From positions 434,001 to 498,000 of the forward strand of contig NC_134028.1 in the NCBI RefSeq assembly GCF_964204645.1: a DNA stretch of 64,000 nucleotides, read 5' to 3'. Source of the stretch: Tubulanus polymorphus (Eukaryota; Animalia; Nemertea). Shown piece after piece: positions 7,505-18,389 of this stretch. A model generated the notes under the pieces. The model was given only the letters and a program-made list of their open reading frames with translations. It made no database searches and had not been told where the DNA came from. Each line of letters begins with the position of its first letter. The stretch's first letter is position 1. Made by a program: the position numbers and the translations under genes.

Positions 7505-9688
7505 GTAAAACCTGTTTGGAAATTCATTATTTTTAGAGAACTGTTCTATATAAATTATTCGATCTGTTCAGGTTTCCAGCATTCAACCGCTCAAAGATCA
7601 CGGCTTAGTTTAATTTGGTGTGAAACTGCTCTTATTTCATAACAGCTTCACTAAAAATTTCTAAAATTCGTATTTAGGAGCTGAAATAACTGGAACCCTT
7701 GATAGAATCTGTGAACAGTAAACATTGGGAATTCACTTCACATTTGTTTAAGATGGACATCGCTTTAAGTCCTCAAAACAAATACAGTACCGGTAAATAT
7801 CTCTACAGATTCTAGTCTCTGTTTGACTGTACATTTATAAACTCATTTCCTGATTAGAAGCTACATTAATCAGTGAAGGCGAAATTTCAATCACTTCTAT
7901 TCTGGTCAAAGTTTGAATCATCAAAATTATACAACTGTTGTATTCTAGTGTCCAAAATAAAGCTGAACTTGCAGTTAACATTGCGCTCCACAAATCAATC
8001 AAGTCAGAAGCGGTGAGTTTTATATCGATTTATTGCAGTAATTTGTGGTGATCTTCAAATCAAGTCCAGAAAATGATGTTTTGATCGGTCAATGTTGGCA
8101 GGTATCAACATTTTACTTGAGGACGCAGTCTAAAGCTACCATCAAACCTCTCAGTCTGCATATACTCGACACATTGTGATAAACTACTCATTAACCCGGT
8201 AGGTTTTCTGTCAATCGAACACAAACAAGTTGTAGTTTCTATCTATTTCATTAACCATTTTCTGGCATAATTTTCTCTTTCCAGAATGCAATACGCCCAA
8301 CACTTTTTGGAACTGGAGAAATTTAAAATATTCACCTTCAAAGAGTAAAGAAGCTCTAGTTGCTGAAGCTGCTGCTATCGTTTTAAGAATTTATTTTCTC
8401 AGAAAATCATCAGTTCTCTTAACTTCATGACATTATGACTGTTGGAAGTGAAATCCTGCTAGATGGCACTGAATTTATCTGATATGAGTTTAGAAATGGT
8501 GAGTCTTTCATCACTCCACTGTGCTCTAATTTCATAATATTTTAACATTTAATTATTCTGTACAAAATTTTTATGTGTGATTCTTGATTCTGCTAAACGC
8601 AAGTTTGAAAATGATTGATTTTCTAATAGAATTTAGCCCCAATTTCAGACTGCTATAAATACGTTACTTTTTCATAGTATGATGATTTTTTGCAGCATGA
8701 AATTTGTCCAATAGAACAGTTTGAAAATTGACCAAAGATTGAATAATGGTGTTGAATTATCTTGAATTATAAGGTAATTATAAATTCTAGTTACCGAATT
8801 ATGTCATGAAAACAATTCCCACTTAACTGTTAATTCAATTGAACATTTTCTATGTAATAATTGCTGACGCAAGTTTTCTCTATTCTAGGACGAAGTTGGG
8901 ATCGGGACCAATTTGCCATTTGACAGGGACAGGGACCAGCCATCTACCTGGAGCCAAATGAATATTGTTTATCTGTGCCGACCGGCACGGGCAGCCTACT
9001 GTTGTTCTGTTTATGATGGTTTGATAGACTGTGTATCACATATCCATAAAAACAATCAAGTCATCCCCTGATTCGTCTCTCAAAGCTGTGGTGTCATTTG
9101 TGCTAATAGAATAATAGCCTGACTCGGGCATAGAATATATAATTTAAACCCTGTTATATGCAAATTTAAAAGGCAAAATTCATTTATCAAGAATCAGAAT
9201 CAAAATAATAAAAGTATAATGAAGAAATAACTAGAACAACCTATACGAACAAAATAACAAAACCTCCCGACCTTAGCACTGAACACTCGCTTTACTTTCC
9301 TAATTAACTTGTTTTTCCCTGTTTTAGTTATTCTTCAGACTTGATGATGGTCTCTACAGAGATTCCAAAATGTTGTCTCTTTTACTTCTATTAAATTGCT
9401 ATATAGTGGGTGTTAAAGTTTTAGTGAAAATTGAAATTGAAGATTAAATGTAGCTGTAAAGCAGCGATAACTGGTTGCATTAGTTTGTAATTGTTTGTAC
9501 CCAACGACCCAGTTTTATTGGTCTAGTTTTGTAAAAAATTGTATGATACACATATTGTATAATGATGTAATATGGACATGTTTTGACAAGTCACTCAATC
9601 AATGAAACCATAAAGTTGAAATATCGACAGGTTTTCTTTATCATGGGACTATAATATTTCGTGTGAACTGTTGTTCTGTTTTCTTTGA

Positions 9689-9725
9689 AATAAAGATGAA
9701 TTTTCTGTGTTGTTTTAGTTGTGAT
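9689..9725 (+). terminator. Polyadenylation signal with GU-rich downstream element (also 26791, 37588, 60619)
   Basis: AATAAA followed within ~10-30 nt by ttttctgtgttgttttagttgtg. Conserved in four copies. Confidence 0.5.
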
Positions 9726-9734
9726 TACAGACGC

Positions 9735-10210
9735 CAGCAGTTTCACACACACTCAGTGTTTCACACGTAAATCCCACGGGTTCAGTTTCATAGAAATAAT
9801 TTATTCAAAAAACTTTACTCAATTCGACTTTACCGCCTCAATGAATGAATATTTTTGAAGAAACTGGGCCTGGGGTAGAGTTTCACAAACCAATTGCGTT
9901 CAAACATTTTATTTTGAAGAAAAAATTAAATCCCAAGTTGAAATTGATTCATACTTTCTCTGTGAAACTGGACTCGATGGGATTAAATACTCGCTATTCA
10001 GTGTGCGAAACTGCGGCATCTAAATCTGATTGAAACCCTCGCATCATAAACCAAATCCTACCGCGGGTACAGTTTCACATGGATTAATTATCAAAGATCA
10101 ACAAAAAAGAAAAACTGTGTTCAGGAAGTTCATCTGTTTTTGTTAGATTTGATCCAGATTAAATTTCTTATTTCATTTACCCCAAACTCACAACTGTGGA
10201 ACTGGGTCCT
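9735..10210. mobile_element. Cluster of nested PIF/Harbinger-like MITEs sharing cagtttcac / gtgaaactg ends
   Basis: Repeated terminal motifs cagtttca(c/t)a ... (t)gtgaaactg at ~9738/10012, 9783/9868 and 9878/9971. Equivalent clusters at 26838-27503, 37636-38040 and 60667-61437. Confidence 0.6.
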
Positions 10211-10293
10211 GGTGTGTTACATGTCAATGAGGAATAAATATAGATAAATGTTGCTGTAAGTCATGTGTGCGTTATTTAATCATTTTTCGTGGC

Positions 10294-10950
10294 GGGGTCG
10301 AACCCAGGACACCCCTGTACATCCTCTATTCAGTATCAAGACCACTCTGAACCAGTATCAGTAATTACTGGGTTCGAACCCGGGATACCCCTGAACATCC
10401 TCCATTCAGCATCAGGACCAATCAGAATCAGTTATCAGTAATTACTTTTGTTAAGATATCAACATTTTACCGTACGGTGCTGCCTCTATGCTCATCGGTA
10501 GCGGGATTTTCATACACTAACGTTAGTCAACTCTGGCAAGCAAGGGTAACGGAGTATAACTGGACAGCACGACGATTGCCAGAGTTGACTTCAGTTAGTG
10601 TATGGAAATCCCGCTAACGATGAGCATAGCGGCAGCACCGTACGGTCGGGACACCCCTGTACATCATCAAATCAGCATCAGGACCACTGTGAATCAGTAT
10701 CAGTAATTACTGATTCTCGAACCCGGGACAACCCTGTACATCCTCCATTCAGCATCAGGACAACTTGGACCACTACTGAGTTCGAACCCGGGACACCCCT
10801 GTACATCATCAAATCAGCATCAGGACCTCTCTGAATCAGTATCAGTAATTACTGGGTTCGAACTCGGGATACCCCTGTACATCCTCTATTCAGTATCAAG
10901 ACCACTCTGAACCAGTATCAGTAATTACTTGGTTCGAACGCGGGACACCC
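10294..10950 (+). repeat. ~75-bp satellite-like repeat carrying a tRNA B-box (also ~27586-28165, 38393-39125, 61524-62130)
   Basis: Unit ggttcgaacccgggacacccctgtacatcctc(t/c)attcagcatcaggaccactctgaatcagtatcagtaattactg, repeated ~6-9 times at each unit junction. Confidence 0.9.
10469..10646. mobile_element. 178-bp foldback MITE with ~70-bp arms (also 27752-27929, 38642-38819, 61672-61849)
   Basis: accgtacggtgctgcctctatgctcatcggtagcgggattttcatacactaac...gtcaactctggcaa / ttgccagagttgac...gttagtgtatggaaatcccgctaacgatgagcatagcggcagcaccgtacggt. Possible TA duplication at 10473-10474 / 10641-10642. Confidence 0.85.
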
Positions 10951-13900
10951 CGTACCCATTATGATGCGATTAGACACGTGATCGATGGTCGTCCTCATTT
11001 AGAAGATGAATTCAATTGTGAAACATGGTCATATCCAGGAATGTTTAAACCCGGCGATCAATGTCTCGACTAAAACCGCGTGTCTATATCGATATTTGTA
11101 CTGTTAACCGTCGTATTAGGTGCCTACGGATTCATCTTCTTTACGATAACCTACAACGATACGATTTCAAAATGTGTTCTACCCGTACTCGAAGTAGGCC
11201 TAACTACCAATTTCACGTTGTTTGGAGCCATTTTAGGACAGTGTAACTTCAACCTAGAGCGATTTCACCCACCCCGAGTGCTACTTGATAAAAGTTCCTG
11301 TGTATCAAGTTTAATCGTAATCGGTCCATTGGGTCAAGAGATATAGACATTTATCCAAAGCGACACCTATGGAAAAGAGTGGAAATTGTTGCATACCAAC
11401 CGTAAAGTAGATATTGTGGTTTTTATATATATATTGAATAATGTCACCAACTCTTTCATTCATTCAGAAATAAACTACTAAATTGAGCGAAGTATCTTTT
11501 AAATAAAGTGGCTTCTAAGGATAAAGCGAATATTTGTGTTCAAAATATATAAGTTAGTATAGAATCTATTGACCAAAAAATAACCCGAGTCAAACAGATG
11601 ATCGTCGTACTACAAATACCTCGCTGGGCCAAAAATTAGCCCCGACCTGAGGCACTAACCCTAACCCTAGATTGACCGTAACCCTAACCCTAGCAGGACT
11701 CGAACCTGCGAACTCCAGCATGCCAGCCGAGCACGCCAACCACTAGACCGCTGAGTTCTGGTGGCTGACTTAGTTTGTGAATACGTGTGGTCAGTGTGGT
11801 ACAAGGCCAACACTAGGGTTACTGCGTTTATCAAACAGGCCAACACTCGCGTCAGTGTTTGTTTCTTGGTAATTGCCTTTTTAGTGCCCTGGGGCCATTT
11901 CCATGGGTGATGGCTTAGGAGGTGAATCTAAGCTTTTCTCATATCGGTATTTGTACATAATTCAATCGTGAACGTCTTTCTGTATTCCAAGACTGATTCT
12001 ATTGGCTAATACAGTCAAACTAAATCGTTTAATCCGCATCGGCTTAATCCGAATTTTGGTCTAATCCGGATAATATTTACAGTCAATTTACAGTAGCGAT
12101 TTATGTAGTCCGAGGTTTTGACTTATACCACATGCAGACGCGCGTCTGGGGACGGGGGTGTTTGGGATGTGACAAATGATTATTCCAGTTTTCCTGCTGT
12201 GTGTCCGCTATCCTAACCAGGGAAAAGAAGAGACCAAAAGACCATGCACCATCAGACCATAATATAAAGAAATAATCGTCTATTTATAAATATATTTCTA
12301 TTTATTTCCATTAACACTACATAGACCTATATAAGATTGATTCTATAGTAAAAATGAGTTAGTTTTTGTTTGGAAAGAAAATTTTGTGAAATTTGGTGTC
12401 AAATATGCGGACGCTGGAACCCGGGAAAAATCCTCTCCTTCAACATCCAATGGCAAGTTACAGGGTTCGAATCACAGACACAGAGTTTAATTCATTGAAT
12501 AAATTTCATTCTATATTTCCCATAGATGATGCATAAGAAATAAGGTGCATTGAAACTCCATTGATTATCAATTCAGAAAATAGATAAGGTTCCTCTAGGG
12601 GCACATAGGCTTATAGATATTGATATTGATGAAAGCAGAATGTAGCCTAAGCAATAATGACACTTTTAAGTAAATAATGCAAATATCTTTTCTTAATTTA
12701 AAGCTTGATTCTGAAGAAGGGGAGAACACAGTTTTCATGACAGTTTTCATCATCATCTGTGCGGTCTGAAGTATCTAGGGGTCAGCCGGACTCAACATTA
12801 CAGCCTCCAGTATCATCATTCGAGGTTAATTTTATATTTCTATGAAATATTTTGCTCAAATAAATTCATTTTGTTATCATATCAATGAAAATTAGTGTAG
12901 TTATTCATTTCAGTTTGAAATTTGGCTCTGTTTTGAGGAATTACTAATTTTCCAGAAATCGGATCCAGAAATTCACCTTGCCATCACCATGACAACGCAG
13001 TAGTCAAAACAAACAACAATCATTCAGAAATGAAGCCCTGTAGATTCTTATATTTGGTTAAAAGTTTGTTTATATTGGTTGAGTAGATTTTGAATGATGC
13101 AAAGTTAGAGTTTCAGTACTGATGGTTAATTTCACTGTCCTATCCCTGAAGGGCTTTTAGTCACTCAGATTTTGTGATAAAATGTGTTCAGATCAAAAGT
13201 TCACAACTCAAATTTCCGATAGATGGCGCCTGCGATATGTAACTCATTTTGCCAATCGTCGCAATTAGCTTTTCCAGTAATTTAGTGGTTCAGCAAAATT
13301 CCAAGAGGTGGCGAACATGTAACTAATGTATGTGAAGTAATAAGACACCTTGGTTCATCATCTGATCAGAATCACTGGGTTTGAACCTGGGACATCGCAA
13401 CACAGTCATTGGGTTCGAACCTGAGACATTCCTCCAATTCCTCCAATCAGCATGAAACATCACAGTCATTTAGAATCAATAATTCATTCATTTGACGCGC
13501 AGTCAATTTCAGGTGTAGACGTGTCGCAGGTTTCAGTTATTGAGATCCTCCTCCATTAGACTGAAAATAAATCAAACAACATTCATTATAACATCATTAG
13601 AGCAATTCACAAAAATCATATCAAATATTCGACATGAATAAGAGTAACTAAACGAACCTGATCTAAACATCACCTTCTTTTGAGTAGAATAAACACAACT
13701 CTAGCGTTACGCCTACATCTGAAATAATACAAAACACTGAAAATCTTTATTTCTTCATCAGATAAAAAATGAAAACAGATTCAACAAGATTCAAAATGCT
13801 TTTAGTGCCAAGAATTTTCAGTGTTACAATCTTTTTTCATACAAGACTTAACGGTAAATTGGTTCAGACTTAGAGCAGGGAACACTATATGAATTTATTC

Positions 13901-14389
13901 CCACACCGTCTGAAATTACAGATTTCACAATGAAATTTGCAGCGTGTTCGTTGCTCAGCAGCAGGTGAATCGCACCATTCAAACATGTTTGATATTTCCA
14001 CGGTAAATTTCATCGCAGCAAAATTTTTGTTAAGTCCCAAACACAGTAAATTGAGCCGCAATCTTTGACAAGCTTTCAAATCATGATGGCATCAATGATT
14101 TGAGAACGGCGCTGAAAACCTACTTGGATTTTGGTTAACTCAGTTTTAAAACACCACTGAAACTATTTAGTTTCTAGAGGTCTGTGATTAGGGCCTAAGA
14201 TATATCTACCTGAATCGAGGGACCACTTGTTCACTTCATTGCAAACAGTTATTTCTTGAACTTCCTGCATGACTGCAGTTAATTAGTAGAGCATCACCCT
14301 GAAATAAACATAGAAACCTGTCAGAGAAAGCACTTTAAAATCAAGGGTATCCGCGGGGTCAAATTCTCCATCTGTGTTGATAGCAATTA

Positions 14390-14490
14390 CAGGGACTTGA
14401 CACAAAAAGATTTTGACCCCAGTATCCTCAGTCTTTTTATATATAGTACCTAGGATACTGGGGTCAAAATGCTTTTGTGTCAAGTCCCTG
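14390..14490. repeat. Hairpin with ~39-bp arms (MITE-like); right arm partly deleted at 44109-44190
   Basis: cagggacttgacacaaaaagattttgaccccagtatcct / aggatactggggtcaaaatgcttttgtgtcaagtccctg. Confidence 0.85.
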
Positions 14491-14651
14491 CTCAAATGCT
14501 CCATCTGCATTGATAATAATAGTTTATATTAGGCCTCGATCCACACTTGATATTAATCATACATTTTACTAATTGTATCTTGAATGTCGGCCGACAGTTT
14601 TACACGCATCAGCTCGACATGGCGGTTAAACCCGAGTGTTTTATGTCCAAC

Positions 14652-14900
14652 ACACAGGAGCTTATCACAATTTGATTGAGGATGGACCACACCAGTATCC
14701 TTATAGGGGCTAACTGCAGTTTGGGTCACCTATCCACTGGGTGGCGCTAGTGTTATTAAAGAATAGTGTTATGGTAAGGTTAGGTACATACCATTAGGGA
14801 CACCTAAACTGCAGTCATACCTAGATAGGGATACTGGCAACTGGTGTCATCCATCCGTCCATCAAATTGTGACGGAATTCATTGTGACAAGCCCCTGTGT
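14652..14900. mobile_element. ~250-bp MITE-like foldback containing a CTCF-like motif (also ~44332-44588)
   Basis: acacaggagcttatcacaat / attgtgacaagcccctgtgt, with internal pairs ccagtatcc/ggatactgg and actgcagttt/aaactgcagt. CCACTGGGTGGCGCTA at 14734-14749. Confidence 0.65.
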
Positions 14901-16216
14901 TCCGACACCTTCCATCTCGAATCACCTTCAACCGTACAAAAAAAGTATTCGATTCATAAGTAAAGTTACTTACTGTATTTCAATGTTGAAATGGTTTTAA
15001 GACATTCTGTCGCTTCTTCGTTGAAAGAGAAGCTTCTCAATATTTCAAGTGTAAATTTCGATTGATTCGTCCGCCATCATTCTTAAATGGGACATACTCC
15101 ACTTGGGAGGGCTAGTTCTGTAGTCCGCGCAGATCGAGGAGACCAGGACTCAGGGGCATTAGCGCTCCGGGCACCAACTAAAGAGTTCACGATAGTGCCC
15201 GCGGTAGACTTTAAATGCCGCTCCGAATTGATAGTTGCAGGAAATAAAACCACGAAATTAGGAATTTGTAGCGATTTCCGTGCAATAGTTCACAGAAAAA
15301 TTATGTGAAAAATATTCCCAATAAAATACCGGTATTTCAAACAAAGAAACTTAAAAACTTAAATCGGTGACTCACAATAGGTATTTCACCTAGTTTATCA
15401 GCGGGGCGCGGTCGACATCGACAAGTTCTATATTTCTGTGATAAATTTCTATAACGTATTTTGCTCAAATAAACTCATTTCATTATCATATCGATGAAAA
15501 TAAGTGTAGTTATTCATTTCAGTATGAAATTTGGCTCTGCTTTGAGAAATTACTATTTTTCTAGACATCGGATCCAGAATATCACCTTGCCATCACCATG
15601 ACAACGCACCAGTCAAAACAAACAATAATCATTCAGAAATGAAGCCCTGTAGATTCTAAAATTTGGTTTCAATTTTATTTATTTTGGTTGAGTAGATTCA
15701 TGAATGATGCAAAGTTTACTAGAGACATTGGTTTCATCAAAATCATCTGTGGGGGACAGTGCCAATCCTGGAAGGGTTTTAACAGTCACTCAGATATTGT
15801 GTTCCACAGCATTCAGATCAAACCAACAGTTCAGACTCAACTTGAGAAATACATTGTGTTAATCTAAAATAAATTTCACGTTTTTTTTACACTCAAGATA
15901 TAAATTAGAATACAATACGTGTTCCACTAATCATGGTCGATGTTTACGTACAAACTGACGATCAAAACCCGGCAAACTCGATACAATACAAAAACCTTCC
16001 ACACTCCGGAGCTCGTTCAGTCTATTCTGGACGCCGTCCTAAACCGTCTCCGGGTGTAAAACTGCAGAGCTTCATCACCCGTAACAGAACCTGTCTTCTT
16101 TACATAAATATCATCATAATGATATAAACTATCAATAACGTGTTTTATTCCTGATATAGCTATTTAAATCTAAAACTACATTTTAAATGTGAAATGTTCT
16201 TTGAAAGGTCAAAGTC

Positions 16217-16228
16217 AAGATGGCGGCT
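16217..16228 (+). promoter_or_regulatory. Consensus YY1 motif (also 45895-45906)
   Basis: CAAGATGGCGGC, followed ~60 bp later by a hairpin taagataaaatcccactattt / aaatagtgggattttatctta (perfect in the second copy). Confidence 0.45.
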
Positions 16229-17512
16229 TTTTCAAGTAAAACCTCGAAATTAAAAAACAATTTCTACAGTAATAAACATCTGTATTAAGATAAAATCCCA
16301 CTATTTTAATCTGTAAATAGTAAGATTTTATCTTATTATCCGTTCATCACGTTTGAGTGTGGTTATCGTTCTACATCTGTATTGTCTATATGTGTGACGC
16401 GCGTTGTTGTACAAGGACAGCTGGTGACTGATAATAGTAACCGTTTTGTTGACAGACGACTGTATTATCTGTAATTGACTTGAATTAATGACACTGATCA
16501 AATTTGAATTTCTCCATCTTCACTAGTTGTATACGGTATCGACTGATTCACTGTTTGATTCACCGTAGATGATGTTCGGAAATCCACGCTTTGAGAATAC
16601 GAACATTTCCCCCTATCACGTAGTTATGTGGTTCAATGTCAGTTAGAGCAAATTAAGATTACGAAAGTGACACTTTTTGGACTACGTGTTTATCAGATTT
16701 TGTTAAACTTTGAATATCAGACGGACTGTACATATAATCAGCCCACGATAAACCAGGTACCACTATAATAAATACGTGTATTTTGAACATAAGATGTAGA
16801 ACACCAGAAAATCTCAATCTCTCTAGTCAATCTGAAAATTATTTCATTTCATCTTCCATTTCTCCTTTTCTATTAGTATTTTTTAAACCATCGAATTATT
16901 CAATATTGTAAAAAGTAAGTTCCGCCATTTATATTGAAAATTATAAATCCAACCATCATTTTTTTTATACTAAGTTGTTTAATTGAAGAACTTAATTGTA
17001 ACGTACAAAATAAACTCGATGATTTTTTGCTGAATAAAACTTAAGTGAATATTTTAATCGCTTGATGTTTACGGCATACGGTTTACTTCTGTAAAAGTCG
17101 AAAAAGTTTATCTTATTTGTAAACTGTCGAAACGCTATCATTTTTCTGATAACAACAATTCTCTATTAAGACCCCATCGACGCCAATAATAAATTACCCT
17201 TTTCCCACCAAAATGGCATTTAGGGGACGACAGGAATCATGAAATAGCCTCAACAAAGGCAAAATAGGCCCAAACAATAGGTAATAGCACCTGGCTCGCC
17301 AACCCAATTTAGGACAGTGTAACTTCAACCTAGAGCGATTTCACCCACCCCGAGTGCTACTAAGCTCCTGTGTATCAAGTTTAATCGTAATCGGTCCATT
17401 GGGTCAAGAGATATAGACATTTATCCAAAGCGACACCTATATGGAAAAGAGTGGAAATTGTTGCATACCAACCGTAAAGTAGATATTGTGGTTTTTATAT
17501 ATATTGAATAAT

Positions 17513-17680
17513 GGTACACAGTACTCCGTCGGTACACAGTACTCCGTCGGTACACAGTACTCCGTCGGGACACAGTACTCCGTCGGGACACAGTACTCCG
17601 TCGGTACACAGTACTCCGTCGGTACACAGTACTCCGTCGGTACACAGTACTCTGTCGGTACACAGTACTCTGTCGGGACA
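17513..17680 (+). repeat. 18-bp minisatellite (~9 copies)
   Basis: Unit ggtacacagtactc(c/t)gtc. Confidence 0.97.
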
Positions 17681-18389
17681 CTAGGGTTTCTGCGTTCATT
17701 AAACAGGCCAACACTCGTCAGTGTTTGTTTCTTGGTAATTTTAGTGCCCTGGGGCCAGTTCGATGGGTGAAGACTGATTCTATTGGCTAATACAGTCAAA
17801 GTAAATCGTTTAATCCGCATCGGCTTAATCCGAATTTTGGTCTAATCCGGATAATATTTACAGTCAATTTAATCATTAATATACACGAAAATGACTTTTA
17901 AATCCGGATTTGCCGTAAAACGAATGATTTTTGTTGGTCCCAATGATCGGAATTAGGGAGATTCTATCATACCATTAATTTACTCTCCTTATATAAAGCT
18001 CTAATGTTGGTACAGTTATTAATTTCTAACAAACTAGTGTTGAGTGATGAATGAAATTTGACTTAAGAAAAATCTGTATTCCTCACATGCCGCAGTAAAA
18101 TAGCAACACTGCATCAAATTACAACCGTTCAGTGCTGCCCCTATGAATAACGATAGCGGAATTTCTGTGAACTAAAGTAGTAATTACGGAAACCTCGAAA
18201 CGAATGATTAGATTGGTAAAGAGCGTGGTTTTCATTAGAATAAATTCTTTGAATATTGCGTAGAATACAAAACCTAATCTAATCGAAAAGAAGCCGAGAC
18301 CTGCAATCGACTGGTTGCCATTTCTACTTGCGAATGCAGGTGGCGGTGACCAGTCTACCGGCGGGAATCCCAATCTGAGGTACACTATG

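Larger units (their letters stand above)
1660..9715 (+). ncRNA. Putative spliced, polyadenylated long non-coding RNA gene, copy 1 (predicted exons ~1660-1773, 1850-2017, 2704-3078, 7251-7299, 7401-7504, 7949-8012, 8285-8498, 8889-~9715)
   Basis: Donors: TTG|GTAAGT 1774, AGT|GTAAGT 2018, TCT|GTAAGC 3079, AAG|GTAAGT 7300, CAG|GTAAAA 7505, GCG|GTGAGT 8013, ATG|GTGAGT 8499. Pyrimidine-rich acceptors: ttatttcag 1849, cttttcag 7250 (branch-like cactgat ~7222), actctcag 7400, tctttccag 8284, ctattctag 8888. AATAAA at 9689-9694 is followed by a GU-rich tract. These signals are retained in the other copies. Exon 7251-7299 has stops in all three frames. Confidence 0.6.
1..10930 (+). repeat. ~11-kb tandem repeat unit A, copy 1
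   Basis: The sequence from 1 (ggttcgaacacgggac...tacccat) recurs at 10931, ~28150, 39103 and 62109 with colinear, highly similar content. The same short ORFs recur in the track (e.g. 150..416, 11080..11346, 62258..62512). Confidence 0.97.
12834..15840 (+). repeat. Pair of ~380-bp diverged direct repeats (12834-13211 and 15429-15840; also 42568-42951 and 45104-45514)
   Basis: Both share ttttgctcaaataaa...gtgtagttattcatttcag...atcggatccagaa...caccttgccatcaccatgacaacgca...agtcactcagat. Each contains an RFX X-box-like catcaccatgacaac (e.g. 12982-12996). Confidence 0.85.
12093..17307. repeat. Block B, copy 1 (~5.2 kb non-unit sequence)
   Basis: Colinear and highly similar to 41822-46993. Both rejoin unit A at the same ccaatttaggacag junction. 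Confidence 0.95.

Noticed and set aside
8675-8870. Intronic box C/D snoRNA candidates (RTGATGA at ~8679, ~4987, ~1328)
   Set aside because: C boxes are mutated or deleted in some copies, and there is no conserved, properly spaced CTGA with a terminal stem.
8974-9000. Helitron 3'-end-like hairpin gtgccgaccggcacgggc
   Set aside because: Resembles a Helitron terminal hairpin but lacks the CTAG end and any identifiable 5' end. Too short to call.
12834-15840. LTR retrotransposon bounded by the ~380-bp direct repeats
   Set aside because: No TG...CA ends, primer-binding site, polypurine tract or gag/pol remnants recognised.
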